A stretch of 64,000 nucleotides of DNA from Minisyncoccota bacterium (GTDB lineage Bacteria > Patescibacteriota > Minisyncoccia > JAHIHE01 > JAGLIN01). Both the position numbers and the translations under genes were made by a program. Numbering within the stretch: position 1 is the first letter of the stretch; each line of letters begins with the position of its first letter. Location of the stretch: contig JBAZUT010000003.1 of NCBI GenBank assembly GCA_041661265.1, forward strand, positions 79,191-143,190. Direction: 5' to 3'. This document shows, piece after piece, positions 62,927-64,000 of the stretch. The notes beneath the pieces are model-generated. The model searched no databases and was not told the DNA's origin. It saw nothing but the letters and a program-made list of their open reading frames with translations.

Positions 62927-64000
62927 GTGCTAACAAGAGATATCCTACAACTTGCAACGAGGGTATTCAAGACGAACAAGCTTAGAACTCTTCTTACGAT
63001 CTTGGGTATCGGCGTGGGAATCGGAACAATATTGTTCTTGGTGTCTCTCGGATTCGGCTTGCAAAAACTGATATTGGAGCAGATTACAACATCCGATGCG
63101 CTTTCGACGCTGGACATATTCTCCGAAAACGCCGAACTCGTCGACCTCAACCAGGAAACTTTTCAAAAAATAGAGGCGACTGCGGATGTGGTCGAAGTCA
63201 GCCCGATGCTGAACATCCCTGCGCAGATCGAGATCAACAGCTTGAGTAGCGGAATAACAGTTAATGCGATCAAGGCGTCATATTTGAAGCTTTCCGGAAT
63301 AGAAATGAAGGCTGGAAGATCATTCACCGATGGAGAAACGAACAAGATCATAATATCGTCCGCGATCCTGAAGTCTTTCAACATCGAAAACGACAGCGAT
63401 GCAATTTCTTCAATTGCAGCGCTGAAATTATATCTTCCAAGGAAAACCGACGAATTATCGCCAGCCGCATCCGAAGATGTCGAGGAGGTAAATCTTCCAA
63501 ATGATTTTGAGGTTGTCGGAATCGTAGATGATGATTTCTCGGCGTTCGCATATGTACAGCTATCAGACATCGACTATCTGAATCTTCCAAGTTTTTCCAG
63601 GGCAAAAGTTAAAATTTCCAATCAAAATAAAGTTGAGGGGGTGCGCGAAAAATTGATAAATATGGGATTCAGCGTTTCATCGCTCTCTGATACGATCGAT
63701 GAGGCCAATAAGATATTCCAGGCAGTCCAAATCGTTCTGTCCCTGTTCGGAGCCGTCGCACTTATAGTATCTGCAATCGGAATGTTCAACACTATGACCA
63801 TTGCGCTTCTGGAAAGAACGCAGGAAATCGGCGTTATGAAATCGCTTGGAGCCTCCAGGAGCGATATTTGGAAGCTGTTCCTCGTCGAGTCCGTGCTTAT
63901 CGGATTCCTCGGAGGCGTCAGCGGCATAATGCTGGGGGTGGGAGCGGCAGCGGTCTCCAATTTCGCAATCAACAGGCTTGCATCGTCTTTGGGCGGAGAG
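62927..64000 (+). CDS. MacB/FtsX-type ABC permease (runs off window end)
   Basis: GTG start; RTLLTILGIGVGIG, IGMFNTMTIALLERTQEIGVMKSLGA; no stop before 64000. Confidence 0.9.
   Translation, partial: MLTRDILQLATRVFKTNKLRTLLTILGIGVGIGTILFLVSLGFGLQKLILEQITTSDALSTLDIFSENAELVDLNQETFQKIEATADVVEVSPMLNIPAQIEINSLSSGITVNAIKASYLKLSGIEMKAGRSFTDGETNKIIISSAILKSFNIENDSDAISSIAALKLYLPRKTDELSPAASEDVEEVNLPNDFEVVGIVDDDFSAFAYVQLSDIDYLNLPSFSRAKVKISNQNKVEGVREKLINMGFSVSSLSDTIDEANKIFQAVQIVLSLFGAVALIVSAIGMFNTMTIALLERTQEIGVMKSLGASRSDIWKLFLVESVLIGFLGGVSGIMLGVGAAAVSNFAINRLASSLGGE

Overview
Chromosomal window from a low-GC bacterium that looks like Patescibacteria/CPR (Parcubacteria-like). This is inferred from the 16S signatures, the alpha2-type GlyRS, the typical CPR hypothetical proteins and the absence of amino-acid biosynthesis genes in the window. 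It holds an rRNA locus split into separately promoted units: 16S | tRNA-Ile, tRNA-Ala, a membrane-protein gene | 23S-5S, with four extra hairpins in 23S domain I. It also carries housekeeping genes (rodA, glyS, leuS, metG, tatD, rsmI, secE-nusG-rplK..rplA, xseAB, pstSCAB, malic enzyme, dcd-thyA-like-tmk-dut, GT4/GH57, MacAB-like ABC) and a secreted cell-surface gene cluster. Top finding: an unannotated 24-aa leader peptide with 7 clustered Met codons (26526-26600) and mutually exclusive terminator/antiterminator hairpins, sitting in front of a DUF62-type SAM hydrolase. This looks like a methionine-sensing ribosome-mediated attenuator controlling SAM-to-Met salvage. Other notable items are a circularly permuted phosphoglycerate kinase and a LeuRS with in-frame ASCH and RdgB/HAM1 domains. 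The window also has a DUF2292 small protein followed by a duplicated RNA motif and terminator ahead of the surface cluster, a dispersed heptamer-repeat element with one copy inside 23S, and two candidate structured RNAs. All family assignments come from motif recognition by eye, not from database searches.
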